From positions 1,888,001-1,952,000 of the forward strand of contig OZ251992.1 of NCBI GenBank assembly GCA_965246885.1: DNA of 64,000 nucleotides, read 5' to 3'. The notes beneath the pieces are model-generated. The model was not told the DNA's origin and did no database searches. It saw only the letters and a list, made by a program, of their open reading frames with translations. The position numbers and the translations under genes are program-made. Shown here piece after piece: positions 8,065 through 17,868 of this stretch. Numbering within the stretch: the stretch's first letter is position 1; every line of letters starts with the position of its first letter. Origin of the DNA: Abditibacterium sp. GTDB taxonomy: Bacteria > Armatimonadota > Abditibacteriia > Abditibacteriales > Abditibacteriaceae.

Positions 8065-11000
8065 TCAAGGGGCGTACGACGCGGCCTGGAGTTCTCCCTG
8101 CCCGCCATCCCACAGCGCGAAGCTCGCAGTTATTTCCATCCCGGCGGCTTTGGCGGCGCACTTCATCGCGTGGAAACGCGCGCGCGCGGCGGTCTCGTCC
8201 TCTCCCGTCGCCGCGAGCAAAAAGCCGCCCGCATCGAGAGGAGCCAGCCACTCCCACGCGCCCACGACCAGTTCTTCCCTCCGTCCAAACAACGACCCGC
8301 GCGCGCCGAAGGGCACATCTTGGCGCAAGTCGGCGGCGCTTTGGCCGCACGCTCGTAGCTCGCGTTCGAGGAGTTGGCGGATGGCGGCGTCTTTGAGCGT
8401 GGAGGAAGGCGGGCCGTAGAGCGCGTCAAAGCGAACCTCGCGCGCCGCGCCCGCGACGAAGGGAAGGGGAGCTTCGAGCGAGGTCGGGGGCAGATTCGTT
8501 TCGCTCATGCGGGGCGCGGGCGGCTCGGCGTTTTCGGTAAGGGCCGGAACGAGCGCGCGCAAACCGCCCATCGCGGGGCGGGCGAAGTCGGCCCATGAGT
8601 TGGCGGGCGCATCCGCTACGGTTTCGAGCAGAACCAAGTGCGACTGAGCGCGCGTGCAAGCGACGTAGAACAAGCGCTTCCATTCGGCTTGCGAACGCTC
8701 GAACGCGGCGCCGCGCAAGATGTCGTAGGCGAGCGGCGCGGGCGGTTTGTCTTTGCCGTCGCCGTCTTCTTCTCGCTCACGGCCAAGGGAAAACGCCGCC
8801 AAAGTCGCGCCCGCCACTTCTCCCCATACGAGCGGTTGGTCGCCGCCCTCGCGCTTGGCGTTTTCCAGTTGCGCGAGAACGCACGCCGGGAACCCCAAGC
8901 CCTTACTCGCGTGCACGGTCATCAGTTGAATGGACGCGCCCGACGGAAGCGGCGCAAGCGGCTCGCGGTCGTCGTGGCTGTTGGCCTCGAAGAAGTCCAC
9001 AAGCGCGCGCAGACCGCCTTCGCCTTCGGTTTCCCGCGCGCGCACCAAGTCGAGCACTTTGCGCCAGTTCTCGCGCCGGATGGCGGCGTCATGCAGGCCC
9101 GCCTCGTAAAACGCGACCTCGGATTCGTCCAAGGCGCGCTCCAATACGTCCGACACCGGGAGCACGCCCGCGAGCGAACGCCAGCGCGCCATGCGCGGCA
9201 GAACGGTGTGCCACATCGCGGCGTCGAGTTCATCGGACGGCGCCCACCCGTCCACTTCCGCGCGACGTGCGACGTGCCGTTCCAGAAGCGCGAGGTCGCT
9301 TTGCCCGCCCAAGGGCGAGCGCAACAGCCCGACCGCAGCCGCTTCGTCGTCGGGGTCGAGCAGGGCGCGCAAGAGGAGCATACTCCAGCGCACCGCGTCA
9401 CTTGTCCAAAAGCCGCGCCCTTTAAGCGACTCGAACGGCACGCCGCGCGCGCGGAGCACCTCCTCGAAGAGCGCCTTCACGCTGTTGTCGGCGAACAAGA
9501 CCGCAACCGCCGCTTTGCCGCGCGCGATGGCTTGGTTAATCGCGGCGAAGTCGGGTTGCCTTCGCGCACCGCCCTCGGCGCGCGCGTCGGCCACCAACTC
9601 CAACAGCCACGATGCGAGGGCATCGGCGGCGCGGCGGCGGCGCCCTTCGATGTTGTCCCCGGTGGGTGCCGCATCGCTTGCATCCTGCCAGTTGTGCGGG
9701 GCCAGCGTGTAAACGCCGGGGCAATCGCCCGGTGCGAGGGGCGTTTCCCACGCTTGCGGCGCGGCGACAAGCGGGCCGTGCGCGGCTTCAAACGGCTCGC
9801 GCGGTGCGCCGTCGGGCGGCAGGATATGGGCAAAAGCGCGGTTCGTCCACTCGACCAAGGGCGGCGCGGAGCGGCGCGAGATGCGCAGTTGCTCGAACAG
9901 CGCGCCCTCCTTCCCCAACGTGCGGCGGCCCTCCTCGAAGACCCGCAAGTCGCCGCCGCGAAAGTCGTAGATGGCCTGCTTGGGGTCGCCCACCAGCAGG
10001 GTGTTGCCCTTTGTGCCGTTGCCCTCGGCGGCGCGGCGGCGCAAGCCCTCGATGACCTGCCACTGCTCGCGGTTGGTGTCTTGAAATTCGTCCACAAGCA
10101 GCCACTCGATTTCCCCTTGCAAGGCGGCGCTCACGGCGGGGTCGCGCAACAGTTCCAGTGTGGCACGCGACACGTCGGCGAAGTCGGCCAGCCCGCGCGC
10201 CGCCTTCCACGCGCGCTCGGCGTTCTCCCACCATTTGGCATAGCGTGCGAGGGACGCGACCGCGCACCGTGAGCGCCACTCGCGCTCCCAAAGCGGGGCG
10301 CCAACGCCCTGCTCATCGCACCAGCCGAGCGCGTCGCGCCGCACATCGCCATCGGCGACCGCTTCGCGCCACGCGAGCAATCGCTTGGCGAGCGCCGTTT
10401 TCGCCGAATCGGACAGCGTCGGCGGAAACTCGCGCGCGACCGGCGCGCTCCAGCCCGTGCCGGTCAACACGCCGCCACTTTTCACCGGCGCCTTGACGAT
10501 ATTGGGATCGAGAAGTCGCCCGCGCAACGACGGAGCGATGTCTGCCAACCGTTCAACTGCCAAATTGTGCGCCTGCCACAGGCGGTCCGCGCGCTCATCG
10601 AGCACGTCCAACAACAGCGCGGCATAATCCCCGAACTCCGGTAATCGCGCCAACCGCTCCACTTCCTCGCGCGGTCGTCGAGCGGTGTCGCGGATGAGAA
10701 GAAGCGCGTTCTCGCGGCGCTCAAAGATGTCCAGAAACGCGAACAATTCCTCGGCCTCCGGCGTATCGAAGCTGTCGGCCCACGCCCAGAACTCGCGGCG
10801 CAGGGCACGCACCAACGCGCGTTCTTCACCCGCCGTTGGCAAGCGCGCATTGCGAGACAAGGCGGCGGCGTCGGGGAACATGGCCAACAGCCGCGCGCCA
10901 AGCGAGTCGAACGTCCAAATGCGGTTCTCTTCAGCGAAACGAGCGCGTAGCCCCAACAGCCGCGCGCGTTCCCCAGCGTCCTGCGTGCGCCGCAAACGCC

Positions 11001-11304
11001 GCACAAGCGCGCGATACACGCGGCTCCTCATTTCGGCGGCGGCTTTGTTGGTGAAGGTGAGCGCCACGACGCCTTCTAACTCGGTGGGCGCGCCCTCCTC
11101 GCCGCCATCGAGCAAGAGCTTCAAGACGCGCTGCGTCAGCAGTTCGGTCTTGCCCGTTCCCGCGCCCGCCACCACGACCAAGTGCCCGCTCCCCGCGTCG
11201 CGCACGCGGGCTTGTTCGGGCGACAGAATGTGCCCAAAAGCGTCCGCCTCGCGCACGGCGAGTGGAGCATCGGGAGTGTCGAAGAGAAGGGGGAGTTGGG
11301 ACAT
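8065..11304 (-). CDS. addA: AddA-like UvrD/SF1 helicase
   Basis: AGAGTGKT, LTFTNKAAAEM, LLVDEFQDTN, VGDPKQAIYDFRG, MTVHASKGLGF, RLFYVACTRA. Confidence 0.9.
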   Translation of the reverse strand: MSQLPLLFDTPDAPLAVREADAFGHILSPEQARVRDAGSGHLVVVAGAGTGKTELLTQRVLKLLLDGGEEGAPTELEGVVALTFTNKAAAEMRSRVYRALVRRLRRTQDAGERARLLGLRARFAEENRIWTFDSLGARLLAMFPDAAALSRNARLPTAGEERALVRALRREFWAWADSFDTPEAEELFAFLDIFERRENALLLIRDTARRPREEVERLARLPEFGDYAALLLDVLDERADRLWQAHNLAVERLADIAPSLRGRLLDPNIVKAPVKSGGVLTGTGWSAPVAREFPPTLSDSAKTALAKRLLAWREAVADGDVRRDALGWCDEQGVGAPLWEREWRSRCAVASLARYAKWWENAERAWKAARGLADFADVSRATLELLRDPAVSAALQGEIEWLLVDEFQDTNREQWQVIEGLRRRAAEGNGTKGNTLLVGDPKQAIYDFRGGDLRVFEEGRRTLGKEGALFEQLRISRRSAPPLVEWTNRAFAHILPPDGAPREPFEAAHGPLVAAPQAWETPLAPGDCPGVYTLAPHNWQDASDAAPTGDNIEGRRRRAADALASWLLELVADARAEGGARRQPDFAAINQAIARGKAAVAVLFADNSVKALFEEVLRARGVPFESLKGRGFWTSDAVRWSMLLLRALLDPDDEAAAVGLLRSPLGGQSDLALLERHVARRAEVDGWAPSDELDAAMWHTVLPRMARWRSLAGVLPVSDVLERALDESEVAFYEAGLHDAAIRRENWRKVLDLVRARETEGEGGLRALVDFFEANSHDDREPLAPLPSGASIQLMTVHASKGLGFPACVLAQLENAKREGGDQPLVWGEVAGATLAAFSLGREREEDGDGKDKPPAPLAYDILRGAAFERSQAEWKRLFYVACTRAQSHLVLLETVADAPANSWADFARPAMGGLRALVPALTENAEPPAPRMSETNLPPTSLEAPLPFVAGAAREVRFDALYGPPSSTLKDAAIRQLLERELRACGQSAADLRQDVPFGARGSLFGRREELVVGAWEWLAPLDAGGFLLAATGEDETAARARFHAMKCAAKAAGMEITASFALWDGGQGELQAASYAP

Positions 11305-11325
11305 GAAAGCAGAGGGTTAGGGCAA

Positions 11326-14300
11326 TTACCACACGACGGGCGCCGGATAATACACGACTTGCGAGTCTTCGTGCGCCGCCGCGCGCGCCGTCTGAATCGC
11401 CGGGTTTTGCCCGCACATTGCGGCGTGCGCGCAGTAATCGCAGCGCGCGACTTTGGGCGCGCGCACGGACAGGTTGAACGTGCCCGCTTCGATCAGGGCC
11501 GCGATGCGTTCCAGTTGGGCGCGCGTATCGGCGAGCCACTGCGCTTGGACGGCGGGGGCCAGCGCGGTGCGCGCGGCTTTGGCGCCAACGAAGGCGGGCG
11601 AAGCGGCGACCCCGGCGAAGCCCTTACGCGGCGACAGATACGCCGCGCCGACATCGGGCGCCGGTTGCCACGCTCCCGCCAAATGGCGCGCGGCCTCGAT
11701 GTAAATCGCCAGTTGGAAGTGCAAGCGGTCGCTGCCCTTGTGGAACGCAGGAAGCGCCGCCGCGCTTCCCGTCTTGTAGTCGAGAACCCGTAGCGCGAGG
11801 CCGTCGGGCGAAGCATCGAGGCGGTCAATGCGCCCGCGTAGCGTCACGCCCGCCAAAGGCAGGCGAAACGCTTGCTCCAGTCCGTTGCCCACGACGGAAA
11901 GGGCGAAGCCGCCCGCGCCCTGCAAGTGCACAAGCGGGACAAAGGCGCCGGAAAACGTGGTAGCCTCGCCCGCCGCAAGCGCGTCGGCTTCGCGGCACTC
12001 GGCACGCAGGATGCGCGTTAGAGCGCCGTCGCGTGCGGGAGTCCCAAGCAAGCGGCGCGCTTCGGCGCGGCGCAGAATCGGCGGCAAACCCAAGCGCGCG
12101 CACTCGCGCCGGACGTGCGATTCCAACGCGGCGCGGGCGCGCTCGAAGGTGCTTCCATCGAGCGGCTCGCTCCATTCGCGCCGGAAGTGGTGCAGCACTT
12201 TGTGCACCAAGTCGCCCGCTTCGGCGCGCGTCAAGTCGTCTTCGGCGCGCTCCTCGTCGCCCAGCCCCAACACGCGCTCGAAGAAAAAACGCAAGCCGCA
12301 ACGCGCGTAGCTTTCGGCGCCGGACGCGGAAAGCTCCAAGTGCCCGTCGTCGCGCGGCAAAAGCGGCGCGAGCAGTGGGCGCCCGCGTTCGCCCAGCACC
12401 CCATTGGTGCGCCCGAACCCCGCCGCGTCGGTGCGCTCGCGCCGCATTGACTCCAGCGCTCGCAACGCCGGGTCGGTCGGCGCCGCGCCGCTCCTCGCCA
12501 GTTGACGTAGCCACAGCGCGCGCGAAGTCGGGCGCTCTGGCAGGGCCAGTTCGGGCCAAGCCGCGTTTGGAAAGAGGGCGCGCAAATCCTCGATGAGCGG
12601 CGAGGGCGACACCTCGACGCCGTTTTGCCAAGCCGGAAACGACAGATGCAACCGCGCTCCGCCCGCCAGCAAGCGCGCCAAGCCGTGCAACGCCCCAGCG
12701 AGCGGCGCGCTTTCTCCAGCGCGCAATGCTTCCAACGCCTTGGCAGTCGCGGCGGGCCAACGCGATTTGGGCGCCCTCGCGGGCCACGCGCGCTCGGTCA
12801 AACCGGGCACGAACACCTCCGTCTCGCCCTTTTTCCCCGCTTCGCCGACCTCGCCCACGCGCAAAACGCGCACGCACGCCGTCGGAATAGATGCGTCTTC
12901 TTCGGGGCGGACGCTTGTAAGTTCCACCCGCAACCACGCCACCCAGCGCCCCGCCGCGCGCACGTCCTCCTCGCCCGCGCGCGCGACGACACCCGCGATG
13001 CCCGCCCGCAAAGTGGTGAGGGCGGCTTGTTTGAGGGGTGCGGTTTCCTCCGTTTGGAGTGCGCCCGTGAGGGCGTCCGCTTCGCCCTTACGGGCGCACT
13101 CCAAACCTTCCAACAACGCAATTGCCGCTTCCGCCCAACGCGCGGCGCCAAGCGGCTCCGTGAAGGGGGCGAGGAGCGCTTTGAAGCGCGCGACGCCCGC
13201 CAGATCGCCGCCATCGAGCGAAGCGGCCAGCCACCCCGCCCGCGCTTCGTTGGCCATTCCGCCCGCGTCGTGGATGCGGCGTAGCTCGGCCTCCCAGATT
13301 TGCGCCCAGGCTTGCGGGTCGCACCACGCGGCTTCGTCACCCTCGCCCCGGTTCGAGCGGTGCGCGCGGCGCAGGCGTCCGGCGTCCAAACGCTTTTCGC
13401 TCCCGTCTTCCTCGGCCCAGCGTAGTTGCAGCGTGCCGTCGCCGAAAAGGTCGTGCAGTTCGTCCACGCTCCACGCGCCCCGCGCGGCCAACACGCGCAA
13501 CAGCTTTTGCACCAGAGGCGACGCGGCGGGATCGGGAAATTCTGGCGGGAGCGGCACGCCGTGCGCGCGAAACGCGGCGCGAGCGAGGGGCATTTGCGCC
13601 GCGTAGTCGGGCACCACCAAACAAAATTCGTGGGGAAGCGCGCCTTCATCCAAGCGCGCCCGAACGTGCGCGGCGATGCGCTCCCACTCGTCGTGCGGCG
13701 TGTGCGCTTCCGTCAGGAACACCCCATCGGGCAGGGCATCGGGCGTTTGGGCGTCGCCCAATAACGCGCGCGCCACGCTCAAACGGGGCGAAGAGGGCGC
13801 GTCCACCCACTCGAAGCGCGCGCTGCGCCCTTCCCAGAACGCGCGCGCGCGATTGGCCACGTCGTCCTCGAAACCATTGGGGAGCGCCAACGTCGCGCAC
13901 GCAGCACCCGCGCGGTCAAGCAGGGTGCCCAGCCCCAACGCGAGCGCGGGCGACACGTCGGGCAGGTCGTCCACGAGAAGCGCTTTGGGGAACGCGAACG
14001 CGCGGTTGGCTTCCGGGTTGCGCGCGAAAAGGGCGGGCGCCGCTTCGGTATCGAAGGCGCCCGTTTCCGCCAAATGCGCATCATAAGCCGCGCGCCACTC
14101 GTCCAGTTCGGCGCCAAAGGGGTCATCGCCGACGGGTAAGCGCGTCTCGCATTGTCGCCGCATACGACCAAGGAGCGCGGCCATCGCGCGCAGCGAATCG
14201 GTGTCATCCGCGTCGAAATCGAGGTGTTGGAAGCGCGGCTCCAAGCCCCTCAGTACATCGGCCAATGCCCACAAGCGCGCCGCTCCGCGAAGCGCGGGTT

Positions 14301-14544
14301 GGCGCACATTTGCGCCGTGAAAGCGGGCAAAGTACGTTTCCGGTTCGACCAAACGCGGCAATGCCAGTGCGCTCGCCGCCCCCTCGCTCGCTAATGCCCG
14401 CCACGCCGCAAACCCGCGCGCACTCCCCAAAACAAGGGGCGGATCGAGGAGGGATGACGCGCCGCTTTGGGAGAGCCATTGCCACGCGGCGCGCCGCGCT
14501 TCGAGGAGGGTGGGCGCGCAGAAAACGGTGGGGAGCGTGGGCAC
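11326..14544 (-). CDS. addB: AddB-like PD-(D/E)XK nuclease subunit with Fe-S cysteines
   Basis: LSAS..E.YARC, GRIDRLD, VLDYKTG, QLAIY, CDYC-X5-C; directly upstream of addA. Confidence 0.85.
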   Translation of the reverse strand: MPTLPTVFCAPTLLEARRAAWQWLSQSGASSLLDPPLVLGSARGFAAWRALASEGAASALALPRLVEPETYFARFHGANVRQPALRGAARLWALADVLRGLEPRFQHLDFDADDTDSLRAMAALLGRMRRQCETRLPVGDDPFGAELDEWRAAYDAHLAETGAFDTEAAPALFARNPEANRAFAFPKALLVDDLPDVSPALALGLGTLLDRAGAACATLALPNGFEDDVANRARAFWEGRSARFEWVDAPSSPRLSVARALLGDAQTPDALPDGVFLTEAHTPHDEWERIAAHVRARLDEGALPHEFCLVVPDYAAQMPLARAAFRAHGVPLPPEFPDPAASPLVQKLLRVLAARGAWSVDELHDLFGDGTLQLRWAEEDGSEKRLDAGRLRRAHRSNRGEGDEAAWCDPQAWAQIWEAELRRIHDAGGMANEARAGWLAASLDGGDLAGVARFKALLAPFTEPLGAARWAEAAIALLEGLECARKGEADALTGALQTEETAPLKQAALTTLRAGIAGVVARAGEEDVRAAGRWVAWLRVELTSVRPEEDASIPTACVRVLRVGEVGEAGKKGETEVFVPGLTERAWPARAPKSRWPAATAKALEALRAGESAPLAGALHGLARLLAGGARLHLSFPAWQNGVEVSPSPLIEDLRALFPNAAWPELALPERPTSRALWLRQLARSGAAPTDPALRALESMRRERTDAAGFGRTNGVLGERGRPLLAPLLPRDDGHLELSASGAESYARCGLRFFFERVLGLGDEERAEDDLTRAEAGDLVHKVLHHFRREWSEPLDGSTFERARAALESHVRRECARLGLPPILRRAEARRLLGTPARDGALTRILRAECREADALAAGEATTFSGAFVPLVHLQGAGGFALSVVGNGLEQAFRLPLAGVTLRGRIDRLDASPDGLALRVLDYKTGSAAALPAFHKGSDRLHFQLAIYIEAARHLAGAWQPAPDVGAAYLSPRKGFAGVAASPAFVGAKAARTALAPAVQAQWLADTRAQLERIAALIEAGTFNLSVRAPKVARCDYCAHAAMCGQNPAIQTARAAAHEDSQVVYYPAPVVW

Positions 14545-14622
14545 GGGGAGAGTTTAAAGGCACTAACTCGCGTGGCGGGGTAAACCTATGGGCCGCCGAA
14601 TTGCGCGAGGCATCCGAACATC

Positions 14623-15966
14623 ATGGCCGTAGAAATTCAAATTCCATCCGTTGGCGAGTCCGTTTCCGAAATCGAACTGGGCGAGTGGCTCAAAAAAGAA
14701 GGCGACGCCGTCGCCCAAGACGAGATTCTCGTTATGCTCGAAAGCGACAAAGCCACCGTCGAACTGCCCGCGCCCGCCGCAGGCGTATTGGGACGCATCC
14801 TCAAGAAAACCGGCGACTCCGCCCAAATCGGCGAAACAATCGCCCTCCTCGAAAGCGCCGGAAGCGCGCCCGCGCCCGCATCAGGCGGCAACGGCGCCTC
14901 CCTTCACACGCAAGAAACCGGTGATTCCCCGGTCAAGGCCACGCCCGAACCGGGCGCCAACGGCTACGCGACCGGAACCGAGCCGCCTCGTTTGCGCGAA
15001 GGCCTCACCCCCGACGCGCCGCCCCAATCGCCGTCGGAAAACCAAGCGACGCAGCGTTTCGTGATGCCCGCCGCCGAGCGCGTCGCCGCGCAAGGTGGAC
15101 TGGACAGCGCAACCATCGAAGGCACCGGCCCCGGTGGGCGCGTCCTGAAAGAAGACGCGACCCGCGCCGTCGAAGCCAAAACCGCCGCGCCCGTCGCACC
15201 TCCGGCAATTGTCACTGAAAGCGCGCCGACCCCCGCCACTCAAGTTGCGGCTCCCCCCGTTGCTTCCGCTTTGGAAGAAGTGCAGCGCATGACGCCGCTC
15301 CGCCGCCGCATCGCCAAGGTCTTGGTCGAAGCGCAGCAAACCGCCGCCCTGCTCACCACCTTCAACGAGATAGACATGGCCGAAGTGATGGCGCTCCGCA
15401 AGGACAATCAGGAAGCGTTCTCCAAGAAGCACGGCATCAAGCTCGGCTTCATGTCGTTCTTCGTCAAAGCCTCGATAGACGCGCTCAAGCTGTTCCCCGC
15501 CGTAAACGCCGAGATTCGCGGCGACTCCATCGTGTACAAGAACCACTACGACATCGGCGTCGCCATTGGCGGCGGCAAGGGGCTGGTCGTGCCTGTGCTG
15601 CGCAACGCCGACCGCATGAGCTTCGCGCAAGTCGAAGGCGCCATCGCCGAATACGCCGGTCGCGTCAAAGACGGCAAAATCACGCCCGATGAACTCATCG
15701 GCGGCACTTTCACCATCACCAACGGCGGCGTTTACGGGTCGCTGCTGTCTACGCCCATCGTCAACCCGCCGCAGTCCGGCATCTTGGGCATGCACACCAT
15801 CCAAGAGCGCCCCATCGCCAAAGCGGGCCAAGTCGTCATCGCCCCGATGATGTATATCGCCCTCACCTACGACCACCGCATCGTGGATGGCCGCGAAGCC
15901 GTCGGCTTCCTCAAACGCATCAAAGAGTGCCTCGAAAATCCGACGCGGATGCTGTTGGAGGTGTGA
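14623..15966 (+). CDS. sucB: 2-oxoglutarate dehydrogenase E2 (dihydrolipoamide succinyltransferase)
   Basis: Lipoyl [36 protein letters not shown]. Confidence 0.95.
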   Translation: MAVEIQIPSVGESVSEIELGEWLKKEGDAVAQDEILVMLESDKATVELPAPAAGVLGRILKKTGDSAQIGETIALLESAGSAPAPASGGNGASLHTQETGDSPVKATPEPGANGYATGTEPPRLREGLTPDAPPQSPSENQATQRFVMPAAERVAAQGGLDSATIEGTGPGGRVLKEDATRAVEAKTAAPVAPPAIVTESAPTPATQVAAPPVASALEEVQRMTPLRRRIAKVLVEAQQTAALLTTFNEIDMAEVMALRKDNQEAFSKKHGIKLGFMSFFVKASIDALKLFPAVNAEIRGDSIVYKNHYDIGVAIGGGKGLVVPVLRNADRMSFAQVEGAIAEYAGRVKDGKITPDELIGGTFTITNGGVYGSLLSTPIVNPPQSGILGMHTIQERPIAKAGQVVIAPMMYIALTYDHRIVDGREAVGFLKRIKECLENPTRMLLEV

Positions 15967-16022
15967 GGCGCCGCGCGTTTTCGGGTATCATCTCTTGGTT
16001 CTTGCGAACACGAGGTGCCTCT

Positions 16023-16263
16023 ATGAAAACACACGACGCATTCGACGACACGCTCTGCTTTTGAGCGAATCAGCAAACGGCGACGGGGCTTCCCGTCCGA
16101 AACCCGCGTCAAGCGCGGCCCGCGCATCGTGCGCGGCGACAAGGAGCTAACTGAAAAACTGGGCCGCCGCGACCTGTGCCCCTGCAATTCAGGGCACAGG
16201 TTCAAAAACTGCTGCCTATCCTCCGGGCGCTACGACGGCTCCTTGCGGGCCTACTACTTTTAG
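16023..16263 (+). CDS. Small SEC-C motif protein; start ATG is out of frame (frameshift or pseudogene)
   Basis: Frame 16027-16263 reads ...[20 protein letters not shown]...[20 protein letters not shown]...YYF*; ATG 16023 with GAGGTG upstream is in a different frame. Confidence 0.7.
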
Positions 16264-16281
16264 GGAGTAAACCGCTTCCAT

Positions 16282-16316
16282 TGGCCCGGTGCGTTTCGCA
16301 CCGGGCCAGTTTATTT
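16282..16316 (+). terminator. Rho-independent terminator
   Basis: TGGCCCGGTGCG-TTT-CGCACCGGGCCA followed by GTTTATTT. Confidence 0.75.
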
Positions 16317-16387
16317 GGAGGCTGTCAAAGGTGCAATTGGCAATTTCGACGCCCTATGCCACAGAGCCACTGGCCACCCAAAGAACC

Positions 16388-16906
16388 ATGTCGCCGCAAT
16401 TGAGAGAGCTTCGTCGTCGGGTCGCGGAAGCGGCGCTGTTGGGGGTGCGCGCGGCGCTGGCTTCGTGTGCGGCGGTGGCCATCGCGCAAAGTTTGCACCT
16501 CACTTACCCGTTGTATGCCGTCGTTGCGGCGGTGATTGTGACCGATGTGTCGAGTCAAAAGACGCAGCAGTCAGGCGTGCAGCGACTGCTGGGAACGGCA
16601 TTGGGGGCGCTCGCAGGGCCGTTGTTTGCGCTTGGGTTTGGGCACTCGCTCGCCGTAGTGGGCGCGGCGATTGCGGTGCTCATCTTCGGCTGTTACGTCG
16701 TGGGCTATACCGAGGCGTCAAAGTTGGCGGGTTATGTCGCAGGGCTGGTGGTGCTCGACCACTCGAATGCGCCTTGGAGCTACGCGCGCGACCGCTTCGT
16801 CGAAACGTCGCTGGGCATCGTGCTGGCGATAGTGGTATCCCTCCTGATTCCCGAACGGCGTTTGGTAGCGCCCCCGAACACTAACCCAAATGAGCCGGGG
16901 CTGTAG
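16388..16906 (+). CDS. FUSC/aromatic acid exporter family membrane protein
   Basis: YAVVAAVIV, RLLGTALGA, YARDRFVETSLGI. Confidence 0.8.
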   Translation: MSPQLRELRRRVAEAALLGVRAALASCAAVAIAQSLHLTYPLYAVVAAVIVTDVSSQKTQQSGVQRLLGTALGALAGPLFALGFGHSLAVVGAAIAVLIFGCYVVGYTEASKLAGYVAGLVVLDHSNAPWSYARDRFVETSLGIVLAIVVSLLIPERRLVAPPNTNPNEPGL

Positions 16907-17588
16907 CCGCCAAGTGCCGCCGCGCGACCCACGACTGCGCGCCGATGGAAAGCAGCGAAGCATATACGACCAGTTTCTGACCGCCCGCTTGGATCATCAG
17001 ACCCGACGCCGAATCCGGCGCGGGGCCGGTCGTGATGAGCTTCAGGTATGCGAGCAAAACGGCAAAAAAGGCGGCGAATATCAACGCGCCCGCTTTGGGG
17101 AACGAGCGGCCCAACAGCATCGCGGCCCCGAAGCACAACACCGCAAGCGGGAACGCCTCGAACGCGGCAAAGACGTGGTGGACGTGTTCGCGCGGATAAA
17201 TGTTGGCCGGAGTTAGCGCGATGCCCACGAAATTGGCGGCGCACAATAAGCCAAAGAACGTCCCTGCCACCGTTGCGATGCGCTGCGCCAAGCCGTTCCA
17301 AAAGAAGCGCGCGAACGACACCCAAAAGACGCCCAACGCGGCTCCGGCGCTTGCTAACGCGGTGAAAAAGAGCAGTGAACCAAAGGGGTTGGGGCGACCG
17401 TTGCCGCGCGCGACGGTGCGACCCAAGTCGGAAAAGAAGTTCTCGAAAAAGCGGTAGCCGTGCGCGCCCCCATCGAGCGAGGTGCCGCCCGGATAAAGCG
17501 CCATTGCGCCCAGCGTCAACAGCACGAACGCGCAGCACACCACAATGACGAAATCAAAAGCCCACGTCGGGCGGCGGGAGAAAGTCAC
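16881..17588 (-). CDS. Polytopic membrane protein (DUF998-like)
   Basis: AMALYPGG, NFFSDLG, HVHHVFA, GQKLVVY; about 6 TM segments. Confidence 0.6.
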   Translation of the reverse strand: MTFSRRPTWAFDFVIVVCCAFVLLTLGAMALYPGGTSLDGGAHGYRFFENFFSDLGRTVARGNGRPNPFGSLLFFTALASAGAALGVFWVSFARFFWNGLAQRIATVAGTFFGLLCAANFVGIALTPANIYPREHVHHVFAAFEAFPLAVLCFGAAMLLGRSFPKAGALIFAAFFAVLLAYLKLITTGPAPDSASGLMIQAGGQKLVVYASLLSIGAQSWVARRHLAATAPAHLG

Positions 17589-17687
17589 ACCGTTTTCCGA
17601 CGCACGGGCGCCCGCCGAAGCGGAAAAGAACGGTCGCGCTGTGACTGCCTCCCCGCGCGCCGTCAGGGACGTCCGCCGCGCGACGGC

Positions 17688-17834
17688 GGGAGGGATTCTT
17701 CCCGTGCGGGGAGGCGGCAGCGCCGTGCGGGGAGGAAATCATGGGACGAGGGGAGGAGTTTTTCCCGTGCGGGGAGGAATTTACGGGACGCGGGGAGGAG
17801 TTTATGGGACGAGGGGAGGAAATCATGGCGCGGC
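17688..17834. repeat. 21-bp-period tandem array (7 units starting GGGAGG)
   Basis: Units at 17688, 17709, 17730, 17751, 17772, 17793, 17814. Confidence 0.85.
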
Positions 17835-17868
17835 GGACGTCCTCCGCGTCATCACGGACGGCGGCGCT

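Noticed and set aside
8638..10272. 544-aa plus-strand ORF
   Set aside because: Antisense shadow of addA in GC-rich DNA, with no motifs
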